From: Raillietiella orientalis
Taxonomy: Eukaryota
Assembly: GCA_036172245.1 (NCBI GenBank)
Contig: JAYWIR010000029.1
Location: 1,054,001 to 1,118,000 of the forward strand
Length of the DNA stretch: 64,000 nucleotides
Direction: 5' to 3'
Below the pieces are notes generated by a model that did no database searches, was not told the DNA's origin, and was given only the letters and a program-made list of their open reading frames with translations. Numbering within the stretch: the stretch's first letter is position 1; each line of letters begins with the position of its first letter. Below are positions 1 through 11,400 of the stretch, piece after piece. Both the position numbers and the translations under genes were made by a program.

Positions 1-137
1 CCCAACTATAACCTAGTCCTGTTTTTAACATGCAACTTTGTATTAATTTCGTTTCGTATTAGTTGAAATTTAGTATCAAAAGTTGTATCAACTTTTAGCT
101 GATTGTTACTAGAATTCTCAAAAACTTTGTTTTTTAG

Positions 138-3100
138 ACCTATTTATGGCTACTATGCAGAAGAATGTATATTCTACAAGATTTATTTTTACAATCCGTC
201 AATATTAGGCCAGGCAGTAGACTTATTGCAGGTTAGTAAGGTTTAAACCAGGAAAGTGGAAGTAATTCTTTCAAAAGAATGGTTCTGTGCTTGGTCATGC
301 ATTCCAGCCATTTGAAGCTCATATTTCGTATACAATGCAGTTTTTCTTGGATTATCATATTTATGGAATGAACTTCATTCATCTTTCACAGTGCAAGTTT
401 CGAAGAAAAAAACTGACATTGGTAAGATATAGACAGTATCTGCTCGGTAGTTATACATATTTCCAATTTGTGATGTTCGTGCAGTCAGGTTGTGAATCCT
501 CTATGATTTTCAATGGTCGTCCAATTCTTGAAGAAGAACTTATGGCCCCTGATGTGCTTCCTCAGTCAGTTTGTGAGCTGGAAATAGATGCATTATCAGA
601 ACACATCATAAATTGCAAATCTGATTGTGGAAATTTAGAAGCAGATCCAAAACAGTGGTCTAAAAATCCTGGAATTCAGGCCTTCTGGATGGAAGAGCTG
701 CAAAGAAGGCATGAAGAAGGAAAAGATTCTCAGTTTACTCCACAGTTGTCTGAAGCTAGAAATGTTGTGTGCTCAGTTCATGAGCAGCAGCATCTTGAAA
801 TGCTTCATCAAAAGATAGATGAATTAAACACTGGTTTGCCTGATTCCTCAGCTGCAGAAGAGCAAATTTTGTTTGCTTCTCAGATTCCTGTTCAGAAGAG
901 CTTAGAGATCATATGCCTTCCTGCTAATATGTCTAAACTCAGTTTGTCAGCAAGAGACAACTCCATAGTTTCCTTAAATGAATCTGAGAATGATGCATGT
1001 ATGTTTCTTCTGCAGTTCTTGCCTGAAATCACAAAAAACCTTATATAGTTAATACCCAAGATGAAGAAGTTGTGGAAATGCTGATGAAGTTGTCCCAACA
1101 TCCATTATTGGAAGATTTGGAAGAAAACAGCAGCCTACTTAATCCTGAATATCAATTTGCTGATTTATCTGGAATAGTGGATCAAGAAGATGAAAAGTAA
1201 GCATATCCAAGAAATGTCTTATATGGATGATTTGAAAGTTCGGATGGAGAGGCTGAGCTCAGTTGGCAAGATTCTTGGTGGGAGGATATTGATGTGACTG
1301 AGATCCCCCAGTTGGATGGACAGGATGAAGTTGAGAATTTGGTATGATGATAAATGTAATGAATCCATTGTTGATATTGAATAGATGATTGGGAAGCATC
1401 AACCTCATAATAGGTCCAGGATTCTTTCATCCCACAGTCTTAGATCACGCTCTCAGCATTCTGATTCTACTTCAAGAACAAATCCTTTTGTTAGAGTAAA
1501 CCGTCTTAGTGTGCACCACATTCAAGTTCTGTGTCGGGAGTTGGGATTACGACTTCCTGTGAATTTGCATCACCAACTAAGGGATACAACAACTGTGCCT
1601 CCTGTCTACTCTGATGGGGTGTCTGGAAAATATCAAGATATTCAGAAGTTGGTGGGAAAACCATGCTGAAAGGAACTCTAAACCGAGCCAGCGTTTATTC
1701 ACAGAAAAAAGCTCAGGAAACAAAAGCTGGAACTAGGTATCAGCCCTTAAGTGTCAGTGTACTCAGAAGTCCTGCAAAACAGCGGCGAAAATTATCTGAC
1801 ATCCATAAAAAAGATACAGATTCTACATGGAATAGGTTTTCATCCCCTGATAGTAATCAGAAAGTCGAATCACTGATTCCCTCATGGTTCCAATCTTCCT
1901 TTGAGATGTTAAATGCAGTTGAGGGAGTTTCTAGTCAATCTTCGAGCAGTTGTCTGCCGAAGCCATGCAATTCTGCGTCTTTCTTGGGTAGGCATCAATG
2001 CTGAATTCATTTAATTTTAATTTTTATTTCAGTCAAGTCTTCAAGATGTGCAGAGGAAGAAAGTAGCAAGAGGTCTCCTGGGAGACAGCCTTCGATAAGT
2101 CTCTTGCCACTGAATGTGCACTCTAGTGAAGATACTTCATCTACACTGTAAGTTCGATTCTGATTTGTTATCAGCTAATAAACATTCAAGGATCAAAGCA
2201 AAGTTATGTAAAGCTGATGATGTTGAGTTTGTAATTCCATGTTCCCAAGATGAGAGTACTTTGCCATTCAGTGCTGCTCGTTTTACTTTGTCTAAACGTT
2301 TTTTAATGCTACAGAACAGAGCACATGGTGTAATCAGCCATCAGCAGAAAATTGCTTCTCTGCGAAAAAAAGCAGCAGTTAAATTTCTAAACACTCACAG
2401 CAGTCAAGTTGGTGTGCCTGCTAAATGCACTCAGAGGTATGTTAAGTGGGGGCGATGTGTCCTGTAGAAATTGTGCTGTAGGCCAGTCAAAAATTCGTAG
2501 TTTGTTGCAAGCATCCTACTGTACATGTGACTGTTCAGCAACATATGCTATTCATGCTCTTATTCAGTCATGAAAGTAATCACATAATCAGAAAATTGTA
2601 TTCCTTTTGGATTTAGCAACAGTTTGAAAAAAAAAATAATGGTGATGTTATTATGTGTTTTTCATGTAACATAATTTAAAATGAAAGATGCTTTGGATGT
2701 GATCAAAATTCATGGAGCATGAATATTTTAAAAATGTTTGAGGAATTTGATTAGATTTTTTTCTTGGTTCCAGTATACGAGTTCCCCCCATTTCTGTGCA
2801 GAGCTTCTATGAGTATTCCCAGACTGTTCATTCATTGAAGAGAGATGGGATTCCTGATGGTGATCTGACTTCCAATGTGTGTTCTTCAAAGGAATCAGTG
2901 CCTCACACTCAGAAAGTTGTAACCACTAGTTTAGTGCTGATGCCACAGGCACAGCCACCTTCCTATCAGACTGTGCTGTCCTGGTGTACTCAGCATCTAG
3001 ACTGTCATACCCCCAAACTGTTTCAGAAAAATTTGTTACCTCAGCATAGCACACCTCTGGTTCATGCAGGCATAATTCACAGAAATTCCTCTGTGAAACG

Positions 3101-6100
3101 TTGTTTGCTTCCTCTAGAAGAGAGTAAATTCGAGTCCATAAGCCAGTTATCGAAGTCTTCCTTGGATCTCAGTATGGAAGATGAGGGATGTGATGTTGAT
3201 AAATATGTGAAGGTAAGCTGAAAGGAAATTCTTTGATAAATGATGCATCATAGCATTTTGTTGTGTTTGTTTTAAATTCTTTGTATCTCCACAAGGTGAC
3301 CACTGAGAGTTTGAAATGCCACTCTAACAAAGCACATTCCTTGGATATAGCAAGCACCAGCCATATTTATGAATTATCTTCCACTACAGGATCTCAGATC
3401 AGTGTGGCTCATGAGGTAAAGTAAAAAATGTTCTTGAAGCTTGTTTATCAATGTGTACTAGTTTCAGCAGCTAACAGTTCTGAGCCTGGAACTACATGTA
3501 ATCACAAGAAACAAACTACGCCCAAACCCAGAACATGATCCTATTCAAGGAGTCTTTTATGTTGTGCTTCAGGATGTGCCTCATTCACCAGAAGTTCCCA
3601 AGCATAGAACAGGTAATTACAAGAGCTAAAGGGCTAGAGTGCCAATTTAACCAGGTTGCATTGTCTTGGATGATGGTAAAAGGTTCTTGACAACTAAAAA
3701 TACTCAGTGTGTTCCCAATGAAACCAGTCTATTGCAAGCTGTTGTTTCACTAGTACAGTATTGGGATCCGGACATCCTTTGTGGTTATGAGGTGATCAAA
3801 AAATAAAAAACAACTTCTGTTTTTTATGTATAGGTGTATCATTAGGTGGAGTTGTTTTCATGGGGTCTGCTCATTCAGAGAGCAGCTGTTCTAGGAATCA
3901 ATCTTTTGAGCTTACTGTCTCGTTGTCCACTCCCAGCACAGGAGACAAATTTTAGAATCAATAGCAAGCGAGTCTCCCTCGAATTTCATTTGCCTGGAAG
4001 AATCGTACTGAATGTGTGGCGTTTGATGAGGAGTGAAGTGAGTGAAATTTTGCTTGCCAATAATATGTTGCCACTTACCAACTTAGTTGTCACTTACCAA
4101 CTATGCTTTGGAAAATGTTGTGTACCATGTTCTACATGTGCGTTGGCCCAGGTTTTCATTTCAATCACTGACTATATGGTGGCAGAATAAGCATGAGTGC
4201 CATCGCGTTCTCCATTATTACTCACAACGAAGTCTTGTCAATTTGTTACTTTTGGAAAGATTGGATGTTATAGGGCGCACCAGTGAACTTGCACGCCTGT
4301 TTGGAATTCCATTTTATGATGTATTATCTCGAGGGTCACAGTTACGTGTAGAATCAATAATGCTTCGTCTTTCCCGGTATTACAACTTTGTGGCTGTTTC
4401 ACCTAGCGTGCAGCAGCGTGCTGGCATGCACGCTCCAGAATATATACCACTCATCATGGAGCCCAAATCATGGTACGATGTTGCATTCTATGAATTATTT
4501 GCTAATTCTGGTTCCAGTTTCTACACAGATCCTGTTCTTGTCCTGGACTTCCAGAGTCTCTACCCCTCCATCATCATTGCTTACAATTATTGTTTTAGTA
4601 CATGCTTGGGGCGAGTATCACTTTTGGGAACCGGTATACCATTTCAGTTTGGATGCACACATTTACATGTTCCCAATGATGTGCTCCAAAAACTGAAAGG
4701 CTGTTTGCATATATCCCCATGCAATGTTGCCTTTGTGAAACCGCAAATTCGTCTAGGAATTCTTCCTCGCATGTTGCAGGAGATTCTTAATACTCGTTTA
4801 ATGGTAACCAAACGATCAAATCTTTTGTTTTTATTATTGGGGATTGCATAATAGGCATCTTGCTTTGCTACTGTTAGAGTCCTATTCGATATGCGGAGAT
4901 TGACACGCGACCGTAGAATGCCGTAAGTGATTCGATCCAACCATTTTACCACCTCAAAATTTATCATTTCAGTACGTTATTGGAGTGTGCACGTTTCACG
5001 ATCGGGGTACTTCATAATAAACTTGTAAAAAGGAATCGAGGGATAGTGCATGTACTTAAAAATTTTTTTTTTTTTTTATAAAGAAATCGCGTGCGATGAA
5101 TGTTTCAAGAAAAATTTGTAAAGCAAGCTGCTGCCTTGTAAAATAACGTTTCCGTTTTGCGTTTCCGCGTTCAGACTATTAAACCATCAGCTTTCATTAA
5201 TGCTTCTCGTCAGATTCACACAGCTTCTGCATTATTCTTTGAATCCGTCATTTCATTCCTTCGGACTCGTTTTCAAGAAGGGTAAATAAGGAAAATATAA
5301 ATTGAAGCTTATTCAAGGATCATGTTGAAGGAAGTGTACAATATTGCATGCTCGAATATCTTGCAAAAACAAAGGTCACAAAGTGCCATCGGACCTTTAG
5401 GTGCACTTTTGTTCGTTTTCCGTGTAGGAGCAGACAGCTTGGTGAATATTCGCAGTTTACCACATAGCGTACACGACTGAAAATGCCGATTCTTGAATTC
5501 CTCTTGTAAGAACCAGGTTTGACCACCGCATGACCCCCTGCACCCGTGATCTTGTGCGACAGATAGTGTGTGGCTGGTGTCTGCATTCGATGCAGTCAAC
5601 CGAAGAATCGCATACAGACTCTAAGATAATTTATGGAATTTGTATTTCTAGTTTGTTTCGCTTGTGATATCTAATTCTATTTTTAGGTCAAGGAAGCATT
5701 GAAGAAAAGGAAGAGCCAGGCTCATCTTGCTCGTATTTTAGATGCCCGTCAACTAGGGCTAAAGCTGATTGCCAATGTCACATATGGCTACACAGCAGCC
5801 AATTTTTCTGGTCGTATGCCCTGTGTGGAAGTAGGAGACAGTATAGTAAGCAAAGGAAGAGAAACTTTGGAGCGAGCGATTCGCCTGGTCGAATCGTGCG
5901 AGCGATGGGCGGCCAAAGTTGTTTATGGAGACACTGATTCCCTGTTCGTCTTGTTGCCTGGTAGATCAAAAGACGATGCTTTTCGAATCGGCGAAGAAAT
6001 CGCCAGTGCCGTAACTCGGGAGAATCCGGCCCCAGTGAAGCTGAAATTCGAGAAGGTCTTTCTTCCTTGTATTTTGCAGGTTTGTGGTTGTTGTTTTTTT

Positions 6101-7130
6101 TGTTCTTCCAAAAGCTGCTGGCGATCTCATAGACGAAGAAGCGTTATGTTGGATACATGTACGAAAGTTTGGAACAAGGCCAACCAGTCTTCGACGCGAA
6201 AGGAATCGAGACCGTTCGTCGTGATACATGCCCTGCCGTTGCGAAGGTTCCATTTGCTGCTTCTGTCCCTGTAATGCTTCCTTTTTCAGATTCTAGAGAA
6301 GTCTTTGCGTTTATTGTTTGAAAGTGAAAGCACGAAGGTTGTCCAGGAATACGCACAGCGTCAGTTTCAAAAAATTCTGTTCGGCAAGATAAACCTTCGA
6401 GATTTCGTATTCGCCAAAGAGTTTCGCGGTGTAAAAGGGTATCGCCCTGGTGCATGCGTTCCTTCTCTCGAATTGGTCCGCCGGATGTTAAGTCGTGATC
6501 CGCGAGCGGAACCCCGTGTTGGTGAACGTGTCCCATATGTTGTGGTTTACGGACCTCCCAACGTTCCATTAATACAGCTGGTTAGGGATCCATTGGAAGT
6601 TCTTACGGATCCCAGCCTGCGGTTGAACTCCACATATTACATCACGAAAGTTATAGTGCCTGTATTAAATCGCTGCTTCATGCTTCTGGCCGTGAACACG
6701 ATGCAGTGGTAAGCAATGGCCAGGTGCTTCTTACATCTGATTATTCCTTCTCCGAAGGTATATTGAGCTAGACCGTGTCAGCGGCAGCTTTCACAAAAGT
6801 GACGTTTACTGGAACAGGAAGCACACTCTTGATCGTTATTTTGAAACTCACAGCTGTCCGGTTTGCAGGACAGCCTCGAAGAAAGGCTTGCTTTGTGATG
6901 GATGCAAAAGCAATCCCCAGGCATCCATAGCAATCATGGAAACCATTGTCAACCAGATGGAAAGAAAGATTCACCATCTCAAGGACATATGTGGAACATG
7001 CCAAGGATTCTCAGATTTCAATATTTATTGTATTTCCTTAGATTGTCCGGTTCTAGCGCACAGATATCGTGCACATTGTGAACTCACCTATTGCGATTTC
7101 CTACATCAGCAAGAGGAGATGTGTCTGTAG
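138..7130 (+). CDS. REV3L: DNA polymerase zeta catalytic subunit (family B translesion polymerase); multi-exon; 5' exons lie upstream of the window
   Basis: The spliced translation gives REV3 motifs in order: PIYGYY..KIYFYNP, QPFEAHISYTMQFFLDYHIYGMN, IPQLDG, SLELHVITRNKLRPNPEHDPI, WDPDILCGYE, LPGRIVLNVWRLMRSE, SRGSQLRVESIMLR, VLDFQSLYPSIIIAYNYCFST, QLGLKLIANVTYGYTAANFSGRMPC, VVYGDTDSLF, KKRYVGY, DAKGIETVRRD. C-terminal CysA (CPVC..CDGC) and CysB (CGTC..CISLDCP) follow; stop TAG ends at 7130. Phase-compatible GT-AG introns include 232-277, 1197-1238, 1342-1384, 1652-1704, 2148-2190, 4473-4517, 4804-5686, 6081-6132, 6247-6289, 6709-6757. Exons around 2470-2780 are unresolved. Confidence 0.96.
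4804..5686 (+). other. Long (883 nt) REV3L intron inside the polymerase domain
   Basis: ATG|GTAACC ... TTTTTAG|GTC AAG GAA GCA joins ILNTRLM to VKEALKK in phase 0, matching REV3 protein continuity. Confidence 0.85.
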
Positions 7131-7363
7131 ATGTGGTTGTACGATTTGGGCCCGAGTCTTTACTGAACCGTCCAGACAGCTTAACTGTACATTCTTTTTC
7201 AAAATGTGGGCGCTAAGTGGATGCCCATTTTATTGCCGACGCAAAGTTTAGAACGATTTCAAATGTCCAATTATTAAGTGTCAATTTAAAATCATCAGGA
7301 CATATTTAAATTATGTAATTGGCCGTAGTTTTTATTCCTTTATTTATACAACGTATTTATACA

Positions 7364-7369
7364 AATAAA
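7364..7369 (+). promoter_or_regulatory. Probable REV3L polyadenylation signal
   Basis: AATAAA about 235 nt after the stop, in AT-rich 3' UTR-like sequence. Confidence 0.5.
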
Positions 7370-7428
7370 TGATAGCTTTAAGGTACATTCTGTATTCGTT
7401 TATTTGGAATCGGTATTCCATGCACTCA

Positions 7429-8945
7429 TCAATTCCAAATGCGCGCATCCCAAGGAAGAGGTCTCCCCATTTGAGGGTGTTCTGTCCTTACAGGATATCT
7501 GTACTGTGAAAATGCATGTTGCGGGTACTCTAGAAGGCCAGAAGGGTGCCCAGAAGTTGAAGCTTGAAGAATGCTAACTCGCACATGCTTGCAGTAATTT
7601 ACTAAATATGCTACGATGACGAACGAAAACACGTGCTTTTGATAAATTACGTGTGTAACGTACGTGCGCATATTGTGTGTGTATGTGTACATCATGTGAC
7701 TGCGGGCACGTACTAAATCCTTAGTGCATTTTTCCAAGAATTGCATTATGTGACGCATTATGCCAAATTTCCATAAAGGATGTGTACACTGCTGCCGTAC
7801 CTATCCGAATGCAAAAGTGTACTATGATTCCGACAAATTCCACGCCCAGTGGAAAAAAGATTAAAAGTGCATTTTTCTATGTAAGCGAGTTAACTCGTTC
7901 TGACAGTAATAATTTGGGAGTCCATTTTCATTTCTGTGGCCTAATTCTCAGGAAGAGACGGAGTCCCATCTGACAAAAGACATCATCCTATTATGTCTGC
8001 ATAAAAGAAAAAAAAAGAACTGAAAAACATTTCTCTGTTCCTGCTGAGGGATGTTGAAATCTGTCGAGCTTATTGTGTGTTACACGAACGTGTCTTGGAT
8101 TCTTAGATTCACGATCTTCTTAGATTTTATTCCCGCGCATCTTCCCAAGTCGCGAAGGGGAAGAAGAAACAGTTCCAACAGCCCCTGCGAAAATTCATTT
8201 TCGCGGACGCGTTTGAGTTCTTCAAATAAACTTTTTCTCTAGATCTGGTGGAGATTTTCTTTTTCGAACTTCGAATTCGAATTCCTACTTGAGTTGGCTC
8301 ACAAGGTTTCCCAAGACACACCGGCTCTATAGCTGCTGGTTGCCTCCGAGTAGCTGCAGAACTACTACGATCAGCTATTATTCCAGGAATTCTGCTATCC
8401 GGAATGCCGATTGTATAATATGTACGTGGTGGATATTGAGATCTGATCTTGAAAAAAAAAAAAAAAAAAAAATGGCGCGACACGCTTGCTGAATCCGAAT
8501 TCATTCTTAAAATCGGACTGAAGCCTCCGTAATACAATTAAAGCATGTTGCATGCTTCGTAGTACGTACAAATCTCTTTTCCTCTTGGCGGCAGGGTTAC
8601 CAAAAGTGCCAGTGCTCATATCTTGGGACTGAGCAAATGTTTAAATCGACTCAACACTGATGCACATATCCGCAGCTCATGTCGATTCGAACATCCGAAG
8701 CACACTTGTTGATTTAATTTGCACATAATGAAAATTGTTCGCGATGATTTAGAGAGCATCCGGAATAGTTGCCACTGTGAAAGAAAGAAAAAAAAAGAGA
8801 ATACAACCGGTATGGATGTGTAATGGAAGTCATCTCTGGCACACACCACAAAACTCACGTGCAAAGAGGTGCAGGAAGCTTTCTGAACTTGCCTGACTGA
8901 CTTGGGAAATTAGAGATCCAGCTCAAGAGATTCAAAAGCTGGAAC
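7429..8945 (-). CDS. Candidate 3' exons of an unidentified spliced gene convergent with REV3L
   Basis: Minus-strand splice-like signals: GTGAGT donor ~8859, polyT-CAG acceptor ~8775, GTACGT donor ~8568, polyT acceptor ~8445. These chain in phase into ...MSTGTFGNPAAKRKRDLSQYPPRTYY.... A possible last exon ASTSGHPSGLLEYPQHAFSQYRYP..LPWDARIWN* is followed by minus-strand AATAAA at ~7330-7405. No family recognised; the join to the last exon is unresolved. Confidence 0.3.
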
Positions 8946-10504
8946 CTATGAACTTGCACGATTCATTTTCATAACTGAATTCTCAGCTTCCAATCTGACA
9001 ATTTTCTCAAGTTGCATCTTTCCAGGTAACTTTTCTCTGTAAGCTTTTTTGCCGCATGACGCGTGGGAGCTCTGTCGAAACAAATTTATTATTTAGTGGA
9101 ATTTTACATGAGAAATTACAACTCATGTTTATTATCTTCTGCTTCACTATCTTTTTCAAGTAAATTCTCTCTCTCGAGCAAATAGACGCGATGTACAGTT
9201 GTGTGTTGTACCCTCTCGTGCTCGTCTCAGTTGACGTGTTCAATACTGTATAATGTAAAGCGGTTCATATGCGCGGCCACGTATGTACGAACGAGCGAAT
9301 CAATGTTTTCATATTCCACATATGAAAAATTCTCATAAATCATGAGTGTAGCGAAGCTTTTCATCTACGCTGTCATCCCGTGGAGAATCTTAAGAAACAT
9401 TCAGAGAGGACACAAAAGAAATTCAGGAGCTGAACGTCATGAATTACTTTCCCTCCACGGGCAAACTGTTGAATCATCGCCTAAATGAATCTGTAAACGA
9501 ATAATGCCAAGGAAAATATTTAAGGCACTTGAAGGTGCCGCTGTACCCTGTAATAAGCACTTGCGGATCTTGTTCCTCGAAGCTGAGTTCTTGAAATCAT
9601 GGAGCTGCTTTGCTGTTTGCGATTGGTGAGAGATTACATTTTTCTAGTGAACAGTCGTGAGCAAACATCTGGAGGTATCTGATCCATCCTCACCTATTTT
9701 CATAGTGGGCATCCTTGTCAGGTGCGAAAATGGGTACAGTTCCACTAATTCCAGGCAGTGGCACTTTGACTCTCATGACGCTCTAGCTGCATCGGGATCT
9801 TCCCATTCTCAGCCCTGTTACTCCCTGGAAACCATGTACGCCTTTGAAATGAGGTACAAGGCTGAATTCCATTCGGGACGACATCTCTCCTTCAAGAAGT
9901 GCGCACGAGAGTTCACCCATTCCATTCTTCCTGGTTTAAACAGCCTTCATTGTTCTTTTTTCTGAAACAGAATTGCACAACGCGTGTTGCTCCCTTCTCC
10001 GAAGCGTCTTCATTCACAATCCACACGCGCTGCCATCATCACTTTCCCTGTTTTCAAGACGGTCAGAAGCACTCATCTGCAACTGTTCACTTCCGAACGA
10101 AGATACTCCAGAAGGATCCCGCGGATGAGGGTCATCCCGCCGATGCACCAGGTTTTCTGCGAAGACAGGATAAGTTACGATTTTCGAAAAGTCATGATAG
10201 CAAAACAGCTTGAAGAATCCGAAACTACTTGGAGGAAGGGGAGAGGAAAGAGGGAGGAGAGGGCATCATGGAAAATAAGAGGGGAAGCCAGCCCACAAAT
10301 CCAAAGGAGAACTGGTTCCAGGAGGACGCTTTGGAGAGCTCTCGAAGGGGAGGCGCCGCCGCGCTGAGAAACGCGGAATCTGAGAGGACGAGGCTGGAGC
10401 ACTCTCAGCCTTGGTGTTTCGCACGCTGGTTTCCAAGAAAATCCTTCCACAAGATGTCTGTGGAGCACTTTGAACGGACGCCTTTCGCACTTTTCGAATG
10501 TGCG

Positions 10505-11400
10505 CGGCAGTAGTGCCCTCAAGATGGGTTTATCACCCGGTCGTGCCGGGACGTTTATTATAAAAATAATAAAATACATGTGTGGGACCCAGGTGGGGCC
10601 ATCTTGCTGCAGTCCTTAGGAAACGTAGGGCAAAACAGATGGGGTCCCTGTCGCGCCGTCCTCCTCTAGCTCCAGGCTGCCACAATCCCGCGAAGGCAGC
10701 AGCGAAGAGCTGCTGGGAATGCGGCAGGTGAGAGGGCATCGCGCACGAAGAGGAGTTCCTAGGATTGTCCGTTGGTGCACCAAGGGCCGTCTCGTGACTC
10801 AACCACAGGAGCCGGAAGGCAATACAGTCTACAAGCAGATGCGGAAGGGATTCCCGTTCCCCGCACTTGCAACCGTTGGGGCCTACAGCTCCCCGGATCC
10901 AGTTAGACCAGCGGGCGTTGCATGGGATACCCCAGTGCAACAGCAGAAGTGCCGACTCCTGCCACATCAGGGGGAGGGTTCGGTTGTTCTTCGGCTCTGG
11001 GGGCCACTCGAGGTGTTTCTGTGGTATTCCCAGAAGTTCACCCCAGAGCAACAGTCCTTTCGGTGGGGCACTCGGGGTCGCAGCGTCTGTGAGCTGACCC
11101 GTGTTCCAACCACCAACCTCCTTCGCTCTTCCACCGATCTCACATCGAACCTCCCACTTGGCTGGCTGGTTCTGCCCAAGTGCATCCCCTCGAGATGGGA
11201 ATGCACCAACTGCACCAAGGAGTTTGTCTACGTTTGCTTAGCGGAGATGCTGGAGATTCCATGTCTGGACTACACGTGCTTGTTTTCAATGTTCACTCCT
11301 TCTTTCTCTTGCAGTCCTTCGATCTCCACTGGCTGAAAGCGCATCGGGTGATCGAAACGGGTCACGTTTCTTCCTCCTCTCCCCTCCTTTCCATAAGAAC
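10505..11400 (-). mobile_element. Decayed L1/Tx1-like LINE 3' portion (zf-RVT region and 3' end)
   Basis: LLLHWGIPCNARW..CKCGERESLPHLLVDCIAFRLLW resembles the zf-RVT of L1-clade ORF2. It is homologous at nucleotide level to 34.0-34.8 kb (CTCGGGGTCGCAGCGTCTGT identical at 11071-11090 and 34759-34778). Minus-strand AATAAA at 10554-10559. Confidence 0.7.

Noticed and set aside
1385..2004. Apparent frameshift in REV3L between two ORFs
   Set aside because: Resolved by a phase-0 GT-AG intron at 1652-1704.
5309..5599. Minus-strand ORF with CxxC..CxxC resembling a GATA finger
   Set aside because: The spacing is 27 residues and the conserved W/R and LCNAC residues are missing.
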